Below, in pieces: positions 24,471 to 24,972 of a stretch of DNA of 24,972 nucleotides; positions within the stretch are counted from its first letter, which is position 1, and each line of letters begins with the position of its first letter. The translations under genes and the position numbers were made by a program. Origin of the DNA: a virus (lineage: Duplodnaviria > Caudoviricetes); IMG/VR virus record IMGVR_UViG_3300020044_001989, positions 1-24,972 of that record. One strand, written 5' to 3'. The notes beneath the pieces were generated by a model. The model searched no databases. It was not told the origin of the DNA and saw only the letters and a program-made list of their open reading frames with translations.

Positions 24471-24972
24471 GCTGTATACGTCCCTGAAGAAGTAAATGTA
24501 TGTATGGTGTATCCGCCGCTAGAAGTAACGGTCCCACCTGTGCCCCGTTGTGCGCCAAAATAGCGAATGATAGTAACGCCTGAGCCTCCATTTCCTCCAG
24601 TTCCTTTTACGGATGTAAACGATGCGCCACCGCCACCGCCGCCTGTGTTTGCAGAGCCAGCAGTACCATTTGTGTTTGTATTAGAGACACCGCCAAGACC
24701 ACCGCCACCAGCACCACCAAGACCAACTGTGCCGCCTTGATAGGTTGAACCTCCGCCGCCGCCAGCGTAAAAAGTTCCAGAGGAGGCAGGCCATTCTGCC
24801 CCTGCGCCGCCATTGCCACCTGCCGTGCTAGTACCGTTAGCACCTACTGCGCCTGCGCCGCCACCGCCGCCACCACCATAGTTTGCTGCGCTCGCAGAAC
24901 CTGACCCGCCAGCACGGCCTTGTCCTGAAGTTCCGCTACCACCAGCACGCCCACCAGAGCCACCACCACCAG
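24467..24972 (-). CDS. Glycine-rich tail / adhesin-like protein, C-terminal part (5' end outside the window; not in the ORF track)
   Basis: Open frame 24970-24467: ...YGGGGGGGAGAVG...FYAGGGGG...NTGGGGGG...GGSGVTIIRY...GGTVTSSGGYTIHTFTSSGTYTA*. ATGA overlap with the next gene. Confidence 0.85.
   Translation of the reverse strand, partial: GGGGSGGRAGGSGTSGQGRAGGSGSASAANYGGGGGGGAGAVGANGTSTAGGNGGAGAEWPASSGTFYAGGGGGSTYQGGTVGLGGAGGGGLGGVSNTNTNGTAGSANTGGGGGGASFTSVKGTGGNGGSGVTIIRYFGAQRGTGGTVTSSGGYTIHTFTSSGTYTA

Noticed and set aside
302-24843. Many 60-150 aa alternative-frame and antisense ORFs in the track (e.g. 3980-4429, 8714-9055, 13717-14139, 16812-17150, 24165-24563, 24607-24843)
   Set aside because: They are nested in or opposite well-supported genes and lack an RBS or recognisable motifs; treated as shadow ORFs.
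1-24972. Stop-codon reassignment, suggested by the many TAG/CTAG strings
   Set aside because: Genes are full length in the standard code, and TAG ends polA (3085-3087) and the exonuclease (4679-4681) at sensible positions.
24467-24972. (CCG/CCA)n-like repeats as a possible repeat array
   Set aside because: Explained by glycine codons of the Gly-rich protein on the minus strand; no spacer structure.
21271-24972. Diversity-generating retroelement or invertase shufflon acting on tail genes
   Set aside because: No reverse transcriptase, recombinase, template/variable repeat pair or inverted crossover sites noticed by eye in this window.
1-24972. tRNA, structured ncRNA, CRISPR array or att/integrase
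   Set aside because: Intergenic gaps are nearly all under about 40 nt once the small ORFs are added, and no such signatures were seen.

Overview
A 25 kb, almost fully coding segment of a tailed dsDNA bacteriophage genome of podovirus type. There are two converging arms. The + strand arm (1-9727) covers replication and nucleotide metabolism: T7 gp4-like helicase (5'-truncated), FkbM-family methyltransferase, compact family A DNA polymerase (Tyr at the 762-equivalent position), SSB, 5'-3' exonuclease, resolvase-like nuclease, metallophosphoesterase, DUF3310 protein, a GT9-like glycosyltransferase and a B12-dependent class II ribonucleotide reductase. It carries consensus sigma70-type promoters. 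The - strand arm (24972-9695) covers the virion and lysis: Gly-rich and lectin-like tail proteins, three tiny Lys-rich peptides, tail adaptor and nozzle, three probable ejection proteins, holin and endolysin. The most notable points are (1) a glycosyltransferase plus O-methyltransferase pair in the replication arm, a candidate glyco-modification system; (2) a tail-associated gene split by a -1 frameshift exactly at a C_CCA_AAC heptamer; (3) a probable ejection protein fused to a self-cleaving S74 chaperone domain; (4) a translationally coupled trio of highly basic peptides. All family assignments come from motif recognition by eye, not from database searches. No tRNA, CRISPR array, integrase, intron or intein was seen.
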